DNA from: the human T2T-CHM13v2.0 reference genome, Homo sapiens
DNA length: 64,000 nt
Assembly: GCF_009914755.1 (NCBI RefSeq)
Contig: NC_060939.1
Reading direction: 5' to 3' (one strand)
Shown: positions 1-12,959 of the stretch, one piece after another
Position numbering within the stretch: position 1 is the stretch's first letter
Layout of the letters: every line of letters starts with the position of its first letter
The notes under the pieces: generated by a model
The model's input: the letters and a program-made list of their open reading frames with translations, nothing else
What the model was told of the DNA's origin: nothing
Databases searched by the model: none
Made by a program: the position numbers and the translations under genes

Positions 1-2939
1 GGATTTACAGTCTCCAGAGTTCATCCAAATTGTCAGATCAAGAAATTTTGTTGCATCAGTGTATTTCTTAGGTCAGGGGCCAAATCCACTTGGTAGAACA
101 CTGTCGCTTTATCAGTGGGAGAAATGATCAATCTGAAAGAGAATATATAATTCATGACCAAATAGAGAAAAGCATTAAGTCAGGAAGCCGACACCAGCCC
201 AATTTATGACATTGCTCTACTAAGTGTATTCCCCACTGTGTCATCCAACGGCCCATCTTGATCTAAAAATGCCTGTTTTGGACAGTGAGGTTCTCTTCAG
301 CGCTGGCAGAGGAAGGCAAAAAGCAAATTGCTTCAATCAGCAGCCATTTCTGTTGATGGAAAACCTTGTGGCCCTATGCCAGCAACATGTAAAAGTAAAT
401 AAAAATTGAAGTGCAGGTCTGAAACAGCGACACAGTATGGCTACATTAAAATATTTATGCCTTCAGACTTTTAGACATCCATTATCTACAGTATGTTAAT
501 AAGAATGCTGAACTGACCTTGGCTGGGACACAAAACTTCCAGTGCCCTGCAAAACAACTCTGTCCTCCCACGCGCCTTCATTGCATATAGAGAAGTATGC
601 AATGGAGAATGTGAACCCAGACATTCTGACTTGGGTTAACACTCTTGGCCTACATTGGTGGGGGAAACTCGTGACTGGAAGCAAAAGAACTGTATGTGAG
701 TTCTGCTTCTGCCAATAATTAGCTGGTGACATTGGGAAATGGCTTCACCTTTCCTCATGTGCTCTATGAGAGGATTGCCAAAGATCAGCAAATTCCAAAC
801 CTGGCAAATTGCATTCAGATTTTAAATGAAATATTTGAGCATGCAGATTGCCAGGCCCCCTCCCCAACTTCATGGGAATCAGAAGTGGGTGGGTTTCCCC
901 GCCTTTACCACTATGTTCCTGATGGTCCAAGAGCAAAGGGAATCCTGGAATCCACATCCTCTGCCCTGCTTCCCCACACTAATCATGTATGACTGAGTCC
1001 TACCCAGTGATATTTCTAGGACATACACCTACTCACGGTTCTTCACTAAGAAAAACTTAAAATATTTCTCCTCGCCTGTGGAATCAATGGCTCTGGATTT
1101 GGTTCAGACTCAGGATGACATCCAATGCCTTCTTCAAATTTGGCTGCAACCTACTCTCCTAGCTCCTTTCTTTCCAACAAACTCTATGCTTCTGTAACTT
1201 GGGATTACTTACCATTCCCTAAGCAAGTCACTGTATTTCACACTTTCATACATTTATGTATGCATTTCCTCGAATGCTCCTCCCATTCCCTCAAAATTCT
1301 TAGTCTTTCCTTCGAGACTTGGTTTTAACATCTGCTTCCATGATTGCCTCAAAGTAAACCAAATCTCTTCTCTATTGTATTGTTGTCATTTGTTTGTATG
1401 ACTGTCTCTCACACCAGACTTTGTACTCTCTTCCTCCTCTTTCTGATGGTATGTACATAGGAGCATGTGGGTGGCATGGGTTTCTCAAATGTAGGCCGGG
1501 GGCTCACAAAGTCACAGGATATGCATGACATATTTAACTGCAGCAATAGTTTTCTCCTAAGATTGGTGAATATTTTAAATATTTAAACAAACACGAATAT
1601 ATTATAAAGCCAACTGCAAAATGCACACGAAATTTTAACTAAAACAAAAGCCCTTGAACAAATATCAAGGGAGGTTATGGCAAGACAATTCAAATTATAT
1701 GGCGCCGTCACCACCACCAGCAGCATCCCAAGCAAAACCTCTGTTTCCCATTCTCCTTCAATCTCTTTGATGGGCAGGGCACTTCACAGAAACATGGAAA
1801 CAGCATTGCTGAGCCAAGACTTATTCATCACTGATGTTTCCCATTCCTCATCATCAGCACTATGCCTGGCACATTGTAAATGCTCAATAAATTTGTACTT
1901 ATTGATTAATTGGGTGAGACAAATAGATGAACAACTTATGAGCATCACTGTTCATTTGGGGGAAAAAAAGCATTCCTTTATGTCAAATTTCACCATAGTG
2001 TCAAGATCTCTTCATCCCTCAAATTCCAACCTCCATTTAATATAAAGAAAGTTACATGTACTGTCATCGCAGGGCAATTGGCACCAACATCTTGAAACTT
2101 TAATGGGCTGGGCTGGGCTAAGTCACTGTTTAGCCCTAGTTGAAAACCTGCACAGATTTGTGTGAAACAAAATCTAAAAGAAGGAAAACTGTAGGTTGAA
2201 TAGTAATTGAAATGTATCCTAGTATGATAGAGGAGGGGAAGTTTTGGTGCCATAATATCTCCCCTCACTGGTCTTGAAATGTGTTTCTGTTGAAGCTTCA
2301 GTAAAAGTTTAATTGTCTAGTGTCATTTAAAAAAAAAAAAGTGAAAACTGCCTGCAGACCCTCCCCACCCTCAAAATTCCTGAAGGCACCTCTGTGGGCA
2401 GGTGAGACTATTCTGTCAGGAATAAGCCTAACCAACTGCCTGAGGGCAGAATGGTCAGTGAATGGAAAACAACTAACAGAAAGGTTCTACGTAACCTCGG
2501 GCTAACTACACTTGCTCGGTCATTGGTGAAAGTTAGTGAGGAGAAAGAGATAAAGGGGGATGGGGAAATGCTGCCTATGGCCAGCAATCTACATGCCAGA
2601 AGAGGGGGTGGAAACCCAGAGCTGAAGGGCCAAATATCCATGCCCCCTCAGCCACCCTCACTCATGCTCATATACATGCAGACCCCCAAATCAAACAGAA
2701 AACTGAACCCAGGAGTTAAAATGCTTCACACAGTTAACCTCCAAAACAAAATTGCTAAAAGTTGAAAACAAATTGGCCAAATCAGGCTTAGCACAGTATT
2801 CATAGGTAGATGGAGTAAAAAATGAACTGCAGCCTTCCTGCCATTCTCTCCCTGTTACCTGCCAACTCTGCCTCCCCCAATCCCAGCTTCTGCCTTCATT
2901 TCTGTCCTTCCTGGCCTCCTGAGGGTCCCTCACTACTTC

Positions 2940-3640
2940 CCTTCTATCTCTCTACCCTCATAAGCAAACCTCCAAGGCTTGCCTCTTCAGTGTCGCTCGG
3001 TATCTCCAACCTCCCTCCCTCCACGGCTGTCATTCTAGTCCAAGACTGCCATCTTCTCTCTCTGAGCTGCAGACAATAGCCTTTCTGGAGACCCTGAAAG
3101 AGATCAGGTTCCCCCTCTGATTCTTCCCCAATCCGTAACCAGAGTAAGTTTCAAGAGACAAACTTCAGGCCTTTGCTTAAAACCCCTTCATCCTGTCATT
3201 TTTGAATAGGCATAAAGTCTAAAACCCTTACTCTAATCTACAAAGGTTCTTGCCTTCGTCTCCAATCTCATCTGATCTTGTTTCTCCTGACTCTCGGTAC
3301 TCTAGATACTGTCTTCTTTCAGATCACCAGAGTAGGGGGGCCTTGGCATGCAGTATTTCCTCTGCCTGGAAAGCTCTCCCTGCCCCCTTTTGCATGTTAT
3401 ATCCTCCATTCCTGCTTCAGATCTTCCCTGACCTGGTTCTCTCCTTCATAGCGCTCGTTGCTGGTGTATATGTCCATTGCTGGGATAATTTCCATTCATG
3501 TATTTCTTTCACAGTGAATTGTAAACTCCATGAAAGCAACAATTATGTGTTCCTGCTCACCATTTTGTCATCAATATTTTGAACAATCTGTGGCCCACAA
3601 TAGACATTCAATAAACATTTGTTGAATGAACAAATGAAAG
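2940..3640 (+). mobile_element. LINE-2 (L2) 3' relic
   Basis: Pyrimidine-rich L2-like body ending in the typical L2 tail CAATAAACATTTGTTGAATGAACAAATGAA (~3609-3639). Boundaries approximate. Confidence 0.7.
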
Positions 3641-4104
3641 CGTGGATGATTAAATGAGTAACCTGGAAGCATCCATGGAGCCATGGCAATAGCAGCTGTT
3701 TCCATAGTCTCACCAGAGCTGAATCTGACCTCTCCTTATAAGGTAGTGCCAGGGGCCACGTGATGAACAAGGAGAGGTGGCCCCTGTCAGCATCTGCTGA
3801 GGCTGGAGCTGGATGACTCTGCAGACTGCATCATCTTGTTTGTCAGTGCACTCACATAATCACACAAGAGTGGCTCCTGATCCCAAACACTGTCCTGCTT
3901 TCCACCAATCCATACCTTGGCCAAATGTACCTCTCAAACTTGATTGTTTGTCCTGGATATACTAACTGCAGATCTTGAACCACTCCAGGTCCAGCCTTTG
4001 GGCAGCCAGTCCTGCTTCCTGGTGAGTGCAGATGCTAGAAGCAGTGAGACATTTTCTTTATGGAGCTCACAAACAAAATCCCCTTCCAGTGTAAGTTTAA
4101 ACAA

Positions 4105-4107
4105 GAT

Positions 4108-4154
<47 letters not shown>

Positions 4155-4277
4155 TAGATATATATATAGATAGATATATAGATAGATATATAGATAGATA
4201 TATAGATAGATAGATAGATGATAGATAGATAGATAGATAGAGAGATAAAGATGCATATATAGATATGGATATAGATA
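4105..4277. repeat. Compound (GATA)n/(TA)n microsatellite
   Basis: 11 perfect GATA units at 4111-4154, then GATAGATATATA-type units and further GATA runs. Confidence 0.97.
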
Positions 4278-4620
4278 ACAAAGATGAGGCACCAAAGAAG
4301 AGGGGATTTACAAGCTTGTAAACTCCTGAGGACAGAAATGGATGAATTCTATACACTGCATGGCACCTAGGATCCTACCTACTTATCTTAGTATTGGTTA
4401 AACTAAACTGACACAAAAGACCTATGGAGATGCTAGAATGATATCCCATCAACCAAAGCAGCCAAATAACTGTTATTTGTCAAGCCCTGGGCACATGGTG
4501 TCACCTGTTCCCTAACTACTGTTCTCTCTGTCAGTCTTTCTCTCTCTCTGATGTGAATGAATGAGACAATATCTAAGCTTCATGAGTTCTTTATTGCAAT
4601 TGTTAGTGCTAGAATATTAT

Positions 4621-4988
4621 TGTCTTAGTCTGTTCATCCTGCTGTAACAAAATACCATAAACTGGATGGCTTATAAATGACAAAAATTTATTACTGACCA
4701 TTCTGGAGGCTGCAAAGTCCAAGATTAAGTCACCAGCAGATTTGGTATCTGGTGAGGGCCCGCTTTCCAGTTCATAGATGGTGCCTTTTAGCTGTGTCCT
4801 CACATGGTATAATGGAGGAAGAGTTTCTTGGGCCTATTGCACAAGGGTAATAATCCCACTTGGGCCCTGGGCCTCTACCTCATGACCTAATCACCTCTCC
4901 AAGAACCCTACCTCCTAATATCATCACCTTAGGGCTTACAATGTCAATATATGAATTTTGAGGGGACACAAACATTAAGACTATAGCA
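4621..4988 (-). mobile_element. MLT1A0-like solo LTR (ERVL-MaLR)
   Basis: Plus strand begins TGTCTTAGTCTGTTC and ends GGGGACACAAACATTAAGACTATAGCA. Matches the reverse complement of the MLT1A0 consensus throughout. Confidence 0.9.
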
Positions 4989-5299
4989 ATAATCACAACA
5001 GGATTTTGGAATTGGAGGGATTTTAGAAAGGCATCATTCAACTCAGTGTACATTTTTTTTTCCTCAAGGAATCCTCTTTCTCATCCTCCTCCAACAATGA
5101 CACCCTTAGAGAGGTTGGTGTGAAGCACTGAGAATTTGCACTATCCTCTGAAATTACAAGAGCAAGAATCGTGAAACCTGTTGACCAAACCAAAGAAATT
5201 AAAAATGTACCTTCCAACTCCAGTAGCTATAAGGATAATGATTCCATGATAACAATTTTCACTTACATATCACTCCACAATCATATTCATGAGCTCATT

Positions 5300-5510
5300 T
5301 GAAATCCCAGCAGAATCATTATTATCTCTCACTTCACAAAGCAAGAAATTAAGACTTACAAAGATTAAATGTATGGCTCAAGATTAGTAGAATAGCCAGA
5401 ATTCAAGATCAGAATTCAAGCCAGAACTTTAAGCCTACCTAATTAGTAGAATAGCCAGAATTCAAGCCCAGATCTTCTGATTTCAGAACTAGGACTCTTT
5501 CCACGATGCT
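5300..5510 (-). mobile_element. MIR relic containing a local duplication
   Basis: MIR-like core (CACTTCACAAAGCAAGAAATTAAGACTTACAAAGATTAA ... AATTCAAGCCCAGATCTTCTGATTTCAGA). Confidence 0.6.
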
Positions 5511-8500
5511 CTGCTTCCCAGCAGGAGAGAATCATACTCATCTCATTAACATTATTAAATTAAGTACTCATACATACAGCTTTGAAATAAACACCCTAAA
5601 ATTTTAGTACTAAGGAAATATCCGGGTATCTCAAAGGTAGTAGCCGCTCTCCTGCAAAGAAAAAAAAAAGTCATGTCCTATCAGTTGAAAAATGCTTGCC
5701 AGTTGGCACTAGCCAAAAAGAGGAGAAAACGTGTCGGTAATGCATCATAAGTATTGAAAGCTGTCAGCTTTCCTCAGGTGAGTGAAAAATTCTGGCCATA
5801 CAAGGATGAATTTTCTCCAGATAGTGAGACATCATACTAAATGCCAACTTCATCTCACTTAAAATGCTGGGCCAGAAGTTCCTACAAGCTGTCAGTCAAA
5901 TTAAGCCTGCATCTGCCTCTGTACTTGAACTGATGGACCACTTCAGGGTCCTAAGGAAGAAGCAGAGGGAGGGAAGCTTATGGCTCACATACACTCCATT
6001 TCAAAACAGATGTAAAAGGAATTTTAGACCAGGCCATAGAGAAGCTCACACATTAAAGAAAATAAATGTTTTTGTTTGGGTTTGAGGGACTTTTAAACTG
6101 CAGTAGTTAGGTTCAAAAGATGGCAGTCATGCAATTGTGGTCTTAAAGAGAATTGACTACCAGGTAGAATGAAGGAACAATGCCACCGAAATCTTTATGA
6201 GTAATTTGAAATGAAATGCTTTAAACCAACTCACTTCTCAACCAGGACTCTGCAGATGCCACATAGATGACATATTTCTTATCATAAAAATGATGGAAAG
6301 TATACAATGGAGGTATTCAAAACCAAAGATTACCAGAGATCACTTTCATTAGAAGTACAGCACAGACCCTGGACTCCATCCTGGATATTACACATTTTGT
6401 CTCTTCACAGCCACTTGGTCTAAACAGCCATTGTGAATTTTAAAAGTTATGACTATGGAATCAGCAAACCAGAACTGGGTGGGGTTCAGACACATGCAAG
6501 TGCAGACCTTGTGCAGAAAGACCATTCATACTTCCACCAAGGGACAGAGTATAGATAATAGAAAGAGAAAATACATGTCTCACATGCTTTACATTCTAAC
6601 AAGAGTGCTGGCTTAGCACACCTGAGGTCAGGTGATGGAATCAGGACTTGAACTCAACTCTTCTTACTTGAGATTACGTTTCCAGTACAAGTTGCCTCTG
6701 TGACCCACAACAGCAAGTACCTGTACCACTTGCCTTAGCAAATTATAATTCACAAACCCTTCGTGTTGCACTATCTCATTTATGCTCTCAAAAAACACAG
6801 AATACAGAAGTGCATTTCCGCCCAGATGACTCCAACCTCTAAGTAGGATGACTACAAGTGAAACTATTTTCCAGATAGAGTAAATTGGTGGAGAAGTAGA
6901 ATGGAACTTCTTTCTGAACTGTTGCTGGAATATTCATGTCTCTACCAAGTGCACACCACAGGATAGCATAGAAGGCATCATAAGAAATTGTAAAGCATGA
7001 AGATTTGCACTTTTTTAACTAAGCCCTCCTCATTTGGTACCACACCACAACAGAAGCCTCCAAGGTCTTCTCCTAAACTAACTAACTTGTTGACAGTCCA
7101 AGTTATTATGAGCTAGGAAGTAATAAAAGTGCACTCCTTTGAGAGACACTGTGTGACTTCTGACTGGCTTCTGGCCTGGTTAATGTAAATAATGAGTCTC
7201 CTGGCATGCAATAATATCTCACATTAGACAATGCTTGCAGTTCACAAAATGCTTTCATATACACGATCTCATCTGATCCCGCAACAATATTATGGTGGGA
7301 TGTTACTGTTGGCGAATGTGTATACTTGAGGTTATTGAGGTTTGAGGACACTAGGTGATATGCCCATGTTTACACAAGGAAATTTTTCAAAGCAGTTATC
7401 AGACCCTGAGAAGTAAGCACTGAAGTTGTCCATGAGTTGAACACCCCTCACTTTCCAGCTGTCACTGATTAGATTGATCTTACATCTCTTGAACCACTCT
7501 CTTTCATTTCCTTTTTTCACTGTGCACACTGCTTTTCTTTAATTTTCTTTCAATTCCACTGGTCCTCAATCTAAGCTACTTGCACCTTGTATGCGCTTCA
7601 TACATCCTTCCTCACCTCCTTAAGAAAATTTTCCAAACCGTAACTCCTTCTCCTGATCGGCCTCTCTGATTCAAAAGAAGCAAGATGTTTGCCTGAACAT
7701 AAGCACCTGAAAGCATGGGAAACATGTGAAAACAGAAATAGTGAGTAAAAGGTGCAAACGTTATCAATCTTTCTCAAGCCCTTTGTGTGTTTTGAGAGTT
7801 GTACCTAAGGTGTTGCTAGCGATGGCATCAGCTAAAGTAATTGCCTCTAGGCTGATTATAATTTTCCTCCAGCATGTTCTTCCTCATACATGCTTTCTTG
7901 CCCTTGTCCCCAAGGCCCAAGGACTCTCTGAGCAAGGTGAGCCAGCCTGTAGGAGTGAGGGAGGAGCCCTCACTGCTGGGAGAACACCGCTTGCTGCCAT
8001 CAGCTATGTAAACTTTTCAGAGGACACGCTGTGCCCTGAGAAATGAACCTCCATGGGAAGGGGAAAGAGTAGAGGTTGGAAGGCTCAGAAAATCTCTCCC
8101 AGCTTGGCCTGGCATGTTCATACAAGCCCTGGCAGCTTACTGAACACAGCAACAGTCTCAGTTACTTTTTAGAAAACCACATTTTCCCTCAATGCTCAGG
8201 AAGCATAGAAAGATTTGGTTGCATCCGACACCAGGCAAGGGAGCAGTCATCAGCTGCTAAGTGGGATTTAAAAGTCCGAAGACAATAGGCCACAGATATT
8301 TCCAATTTAGGAGTTTCTGGATGGCCTTAGTCCAGGCCTTTTATTACTTCCAATAGTCATTTGATAGGAAGTAAAATGACTATAAATTAGTGCCTACTAA
8401 TTCTTGATAATATAAGAGAGGTCAGTTTGTCTTTTGAAAAAAGCACAGGCTTACAGAACATATGAATCTGTTCCCAGTGTCCCCGCTGACTTTCTGAATA

Positions 8501-9459
8501 ACCTCGATGGGCAAGGCAACTGCTCCGAATTTTGGCTTGGAAGGACAAAGGTCACAGCATCCTCTGACAAAGAGAAAATGAAGCCATGCAAGTAAACTCA
8601 CCTAGTCATGGGGCATGGAAGCTGTGGCCTAACTAAACAGGCAGAAAAGCAACAATATTCTGATACTTAAAACAACAAAGACAACAACAACGGAAATTTG
8701 TCTTTGTTCTTTTTCATGGGTCTACGAAACCTGAATGAGTGACGACTGTGTCTGGAGACCACAAAGAAGAAGCTGCATCCCCAGACTTCTTTGAGGACTG
8801 TGGGAGATCAGTCCCAAACATCTTCTTTCAACTTGTACTTTTCCTGCTTGTAACTCATACAGGACAGTCCATGAAGACCTTTCACCAATCTCCTGCAAAT
8901 GCTTGGTTCTGGCATTCAATTAGGCAGCAGGCTCATCAAGAAGCAGAATAGGCTCTGTAGGGCTACAGACTGCAACATGCCCACCTTCCTTCCTTACTGC
9001 CTGGCATCCCAGCCCATATACCTGAGTCGAGAGCACCACCATATCTTTGACCTTGTGCACTGGACTGAGGTTATGGCTCCAGTGCAGGAATGTGATTCTA
9101 GCAAAGGCTGACCACCCCCAGTTCCACCTTTTCTAGCCTTATCTACTCCATTTCCTTTCATGTTTCTCTGGAGTTGAACTCACTGCTTTCTATTTCTGTG
9201 TCTTTACTCTCTACCCCAAATGGTCTTCTCATCTTCCTGATCTTTATAACCCTGTTCTCCTGCAACTGGCTCCATGAAACTTTCCCCAATTCACTACCTG
9301 CTCAGACTGTCAAAAGTAATATGGGAATTTTAAGAAGAGTATAAGAGTACCATCCCTACCCTTAGAATACGTACAGTCTATTTGTGGAGACAATAAACTA
9401 ATAAAAAGGACAAAATCATTTGGGATTCACTGCCAGGAAGAGCTGTAGAGGTCATGACA

Positions 9460-9620
9460 ATTACTGTGTGTGGAGTGCTTACCATGTGCCAGGTGCCGCG
9501 CAAGAGCTTCATCCATGTTATTTTAGTTAATTCTCACCACAGCTCTAGGAGATGATAATAGCACTTCGTAGCTGAGGAAGCTAAAATTCAGACATGTTAA
9601 TACGTTATCTACGCATAGCT
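9460..9620 (-). mobile_element. MIR relic
   Basis: GAGTGCTTACCATGTGCCAGG ... GCTGAGGAAGCTAAAATTCAGACATGTTAA is the reverse MIR core. Confidence 0.65.
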
Positions 9621-9905
9621 AGTAGATCACAGAGCATGAGCTCTTAGAAACCACAGCACATTGCTATCTCATTTTCTCATGTTCATAGAACGCCCATTTA
9701 AAAATACATTGAGGATTAATAACCAAATTTTAAAATGGACAAAGGATCTGAATAAACACTTCTCCAAAGACAATATATATAAATCGCCAATAAGTAGATA
9801 AAAAGATGCTTAATATCATTAGTCATTAGGGAAATGCAAATCAAAACCACAATGAGATATTACTTTATACCCACTAGGATGGCTGTAGTCAAGAAAAACA
9901 TACCC

Positions 9906-10208
9906 GGCTGGGTGTAGTAGCTCATGCCTATAATCCCAACACTTTGGGAGGTTGAGGCAGGAGGATTACTTGAAGCCAGGGTTTCAAGACAAGCCTGGGC
10001 AACAAAGGGAGACCTCATGTCTACATAAAAGTTAAAAATTAGCCAGGTGCTGTGGCATGCACCTGTAGTTCCAGCTACTCAGGAGGCTGAGAAAGGAAGA
10101 TTGCTTGAGCCCAGGAATTTGAGGCTGCAGTGAGCTACAATTGCACCACTGCACTCCAGCCTAGCCTGGGCAACATAGTAAGGCCCTGTCTCTAGGGGGA
10201 AAAAAAAA
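9906..10208 (+). mobile_element. AluJ-family SINE, full length
   Basis: Dimeric Alu with AluJ diagnostics (GAGGATTACTTGAAGCCAGG, GAGGCTGCAGTGAGCTA), A-tail, and degraded TSD AAAAACATACC/AAAAGCACACC. Confidence 0.93.
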
Positions 10209-10375
10209 GCACACCATAAGAAGTGTTGATTAGGATGTGGAAAAACTGAAACCCTCATACATTTCTGCTGGGAAAATAAAATGATGCAGCTGCTGTAGAA
10301 AACAGCTTGTCAATCCCTCAAAATGTTAAACAAGGTTTCCATATGACCAAGCAGTTCCACACCAACGTATGTACA

Positions 10376-10744
10376 TGATATGGTTTGGCTTTCTGTTCCC
10401 ACACTAATCTCGTCTCAAATTGTAATCCCCATATGTCAAGGGAGGGACCTGGTGGGAGGTGATTAGATCATGGAGGCCGTTTCCCCCATGCTCTTCTCGT
10501 GATGGTGAGGGAGTTCTCATGAGATCTGGTTGTTTGATAAGTGGCGATTTCCCCTGCACTCTTTCTCTCACTCACGCTGCCTTGTGAAGAAGGTGCTTGC
10601 TTCCTCTTTGCCTTCTGCCATGATTGTAAGTTTCCTGAGGCCTCCCCAGCCATGCGGAACTGTGAGTCAATTAAACCTCTTTTGTTTATAAATTGCCCAG
10701 TCTCGGGTAGTATCTTTATAGCAGTTTGAAAACGGACTAATACA
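10376..10744 (+). mobile_element. THE1D-like solo LTR (ERVL-MaLR)
   Basis: TGATATGGTTTGGC ... GGACTAATACA termini; 5-bp TSD GTACA (10371-10375) / GTACC (10745-10749). Confidence 0.92.
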
Positions 10745-11927
10745 GTACCCAGGAGAAATGAAAACATACATCTACAAAAAAAATGTACATGAATGTTCAT
10801 AGCAGTATTATTCATAATAGCCCAAAGTGGAAACAACTTAAACATTCATCAACAAGTAAATGGATAAATAAAATGTGGGATATCCATACAATTGGATATT
10901 ATTCAGTCATAAAGAGAAGTAGACACATGCTACTATGTGGATGAATCTTGAAAATATTATGTAAGTGAAAGAAGTCAGACACAAAAGTTCATATATTATA
11001 TGATTCTATTATATGAAATATCCAAAATAGGCAAATCTATAAAGACAGAAAGTAGATGAGTTTTTTGGACTAAAAGGGCTGCAGGGGCAGGGAAATAGGG
11101 AATGACAGCTAATGGGTACAGGGTTTCTTCTGGGGTGATAAAAATGTTCCAAAATTAGATTATAGAGATAGTTGCACAATTCTGTTAATATAACAACCAC
11201 CATTGAATTGCATACTTTACTTTAAGTAGGTGAATTGTATGGTATATAAATTATATCTCAATAAAATTGTTGGCATATATTGAGTTTTAGGGATAAATAA
11301 TGTTTTACAACAAATCCTTTTAAAGCTGCCTCTAGAACTCTCAATTCTCAGTTTGGGACCTGTGTATGATATCATCAGAAGACTCAAGAGTTCTATAATA
11401 ATTTATTTTAAGTTGGTGTCTTCATTTGATCAAATATTAAACCCAATTTAAAGCCCACAGTATATCTGGCAGATGACTATAAGTAAGTACTGCCCCATAA
11501 TTTGAGAACCTGGATCTGTGGAATAATGACATTTCCTAGGGCTGCAGAAACAGAGCTTTCACAGCAAGGCAGCAGAGTGGAGTGAGCATGTATCATCCAT
11601 CACAAGGCACGTGATTGTTCCAGCATACCAAAGTGCCTGCTCAGAGTAAATGCTGTGTATTCACACTGGCCAGGTGCAAACCCAGGCCTCATCTCTGCAG
11701 CGCTTCAGGAGCCTTTAATGGAGCAAACCATAAAATGTAGGTGATAAAATTTTTTGGCAAAAGACATATTCTTATTAAATTTTACTTTGAGATGTCTTAT
11801 TAAATTGATTGGTTCATCAAACTCATGAATAAAATTTAGTCACTGTTAAAAATAACCGTGATAGTGATTCAAATGATATCCTCATAAGCAAAAGAATGAG
11901 GTCGATAAAGAAAATACTAAGCACATG

Positions 11928-12950
11928 CAGTCATGCATCACTTAATGACAGGAATATGTTCTGAGAAAAGCATCCTTAGGCAATTCGGTCATTGTACAAA
12001 CATCGTAGAGTGTACTTACACAAACCTAGATGGTATAGCCTACTATACACCTAGGATATATGGTAAAGTCTATTGCTCCTAGGCTACAAACCTGAACTGC
12101 ATGTTACTGTATTGAATACTGTAGGCAATTTTAACACAATGGTATTTGTGTATCTAAACATAGCTAAACATGGAAATGGTACAGTAACAATATGGTATAA
12201 AATATAAAAGTGGTATGCCTGAATAGGCACTTATGATGAACACAGTTTGCAGAACTAGCAGTTGCTCTAGGGGTGAGTGAATGTGAAGGCCTAGGACATT
12301 ACCGTGCACCACTGTAGACTCTACAAATACTGTACACATAGGCTACACTAAAATTGTTTTTTAAAAACCTTTTCTTTCTTCAATAATAAGTTAACCTTAA
12401 TTTACTGTAACTTTTTTTTCCTGCAAATGAGTTACTATCTCCTTATTCTTCATCTATTCTTTTTTTAATTATTATACCTTAAGTTCTCTGATACATGTGC
12501 AGAACGTGCAGGTTTGTTACATAGGTATACATGTGCCATGGTGGTTTGCTGCACCCATCAATCCATCATCTACATTAGGTATTTCTCCTAATGCTATCCT
12601 TCCCCTAGCCTCCCACCCCCTGACAGGCCCTGGTGTGTGATGTTCCCCTCCCTGTGCCCATATGTTCTCATTGTTCAACTCCCATTTAGGAGTGAGAAAG
12701 TGCAGTGTTTGGTTTTCTGTTCCTGTGCTAGTTTGCTGAGAATGGTGGTTTCCAGCTTCACCCATGTCTCTGCAAAAGACATGAACTCATTCTTTTTTAT
12801 GGCTGCATAGTATTCCATGGTGCATATGTGCCACATTTTCTTTATCCAGTCTAACACTGATGGGCATCTGGGTTGGTTCCAAGTCTTTGCTATTATGAAT
12901 TTGTCAACTTTTAATTTTTTTACAACTTTTTGACTCTTACAATAACACTT
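11928..12950. mobile_element. Tigger3/Golem (Tigger3b-like) DNA transposon fragment, split by an L1PA insertion
   Basis: Terminus CAGTCATGCATCACTTAATGACAGG and body CACAAACCTAGATGGTATAGCCTACTATACACCTAGG. Runs to ~12419 and resumes at ~12901-12950. Confidence 0.85.
12460..12900 (-). mobile_element. 5'-truncated L1PA (L1PA7-like) 3' end
   Basis: Reverse complement of the L1PA 3'UTR (GCATTAGGAGAAATACCTAATGTAGATGA). ORF 12675-12857 gives DWIKKMWHICTMEYYAAIKK of ORF2p. Confidence 0.95.
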
Positions 12951-12959
12951 ACATGAAAA

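Larger units (their letters stand above)
9700..11270 (+). mobile_element. Old L1 (L1MB-like) 3' ORF2/3'UTR fragment, interrupted by an Alu and a THE1 LTR
   Basis: GGGAAATGCAAATCAAAACCACAATGAGATA ORF2 C-terminal region; ends AAATTATATCTCAATAAAA. The L1 sequence resumes after each insertion. Confidence 0.88.

Noticed and set aside
726-992. 88-aa ORF with protein-like appearance
   Set aside because: It overlaps a MER5-like relic (GCATGCAGATTGCCAGGCCCCC...GAATCAGAA), has a non-ATG start and shows no known homology.
1475-1810. Possible old hAT DNA-transposon relic splitting an L2
   Set aside because: Terminal resemblance only; I could not assign a family or TSD.
3934-4356. ORFs with (IYLS)n repeats
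   Set aside because: Translation artefact of the GATA microsatellite.
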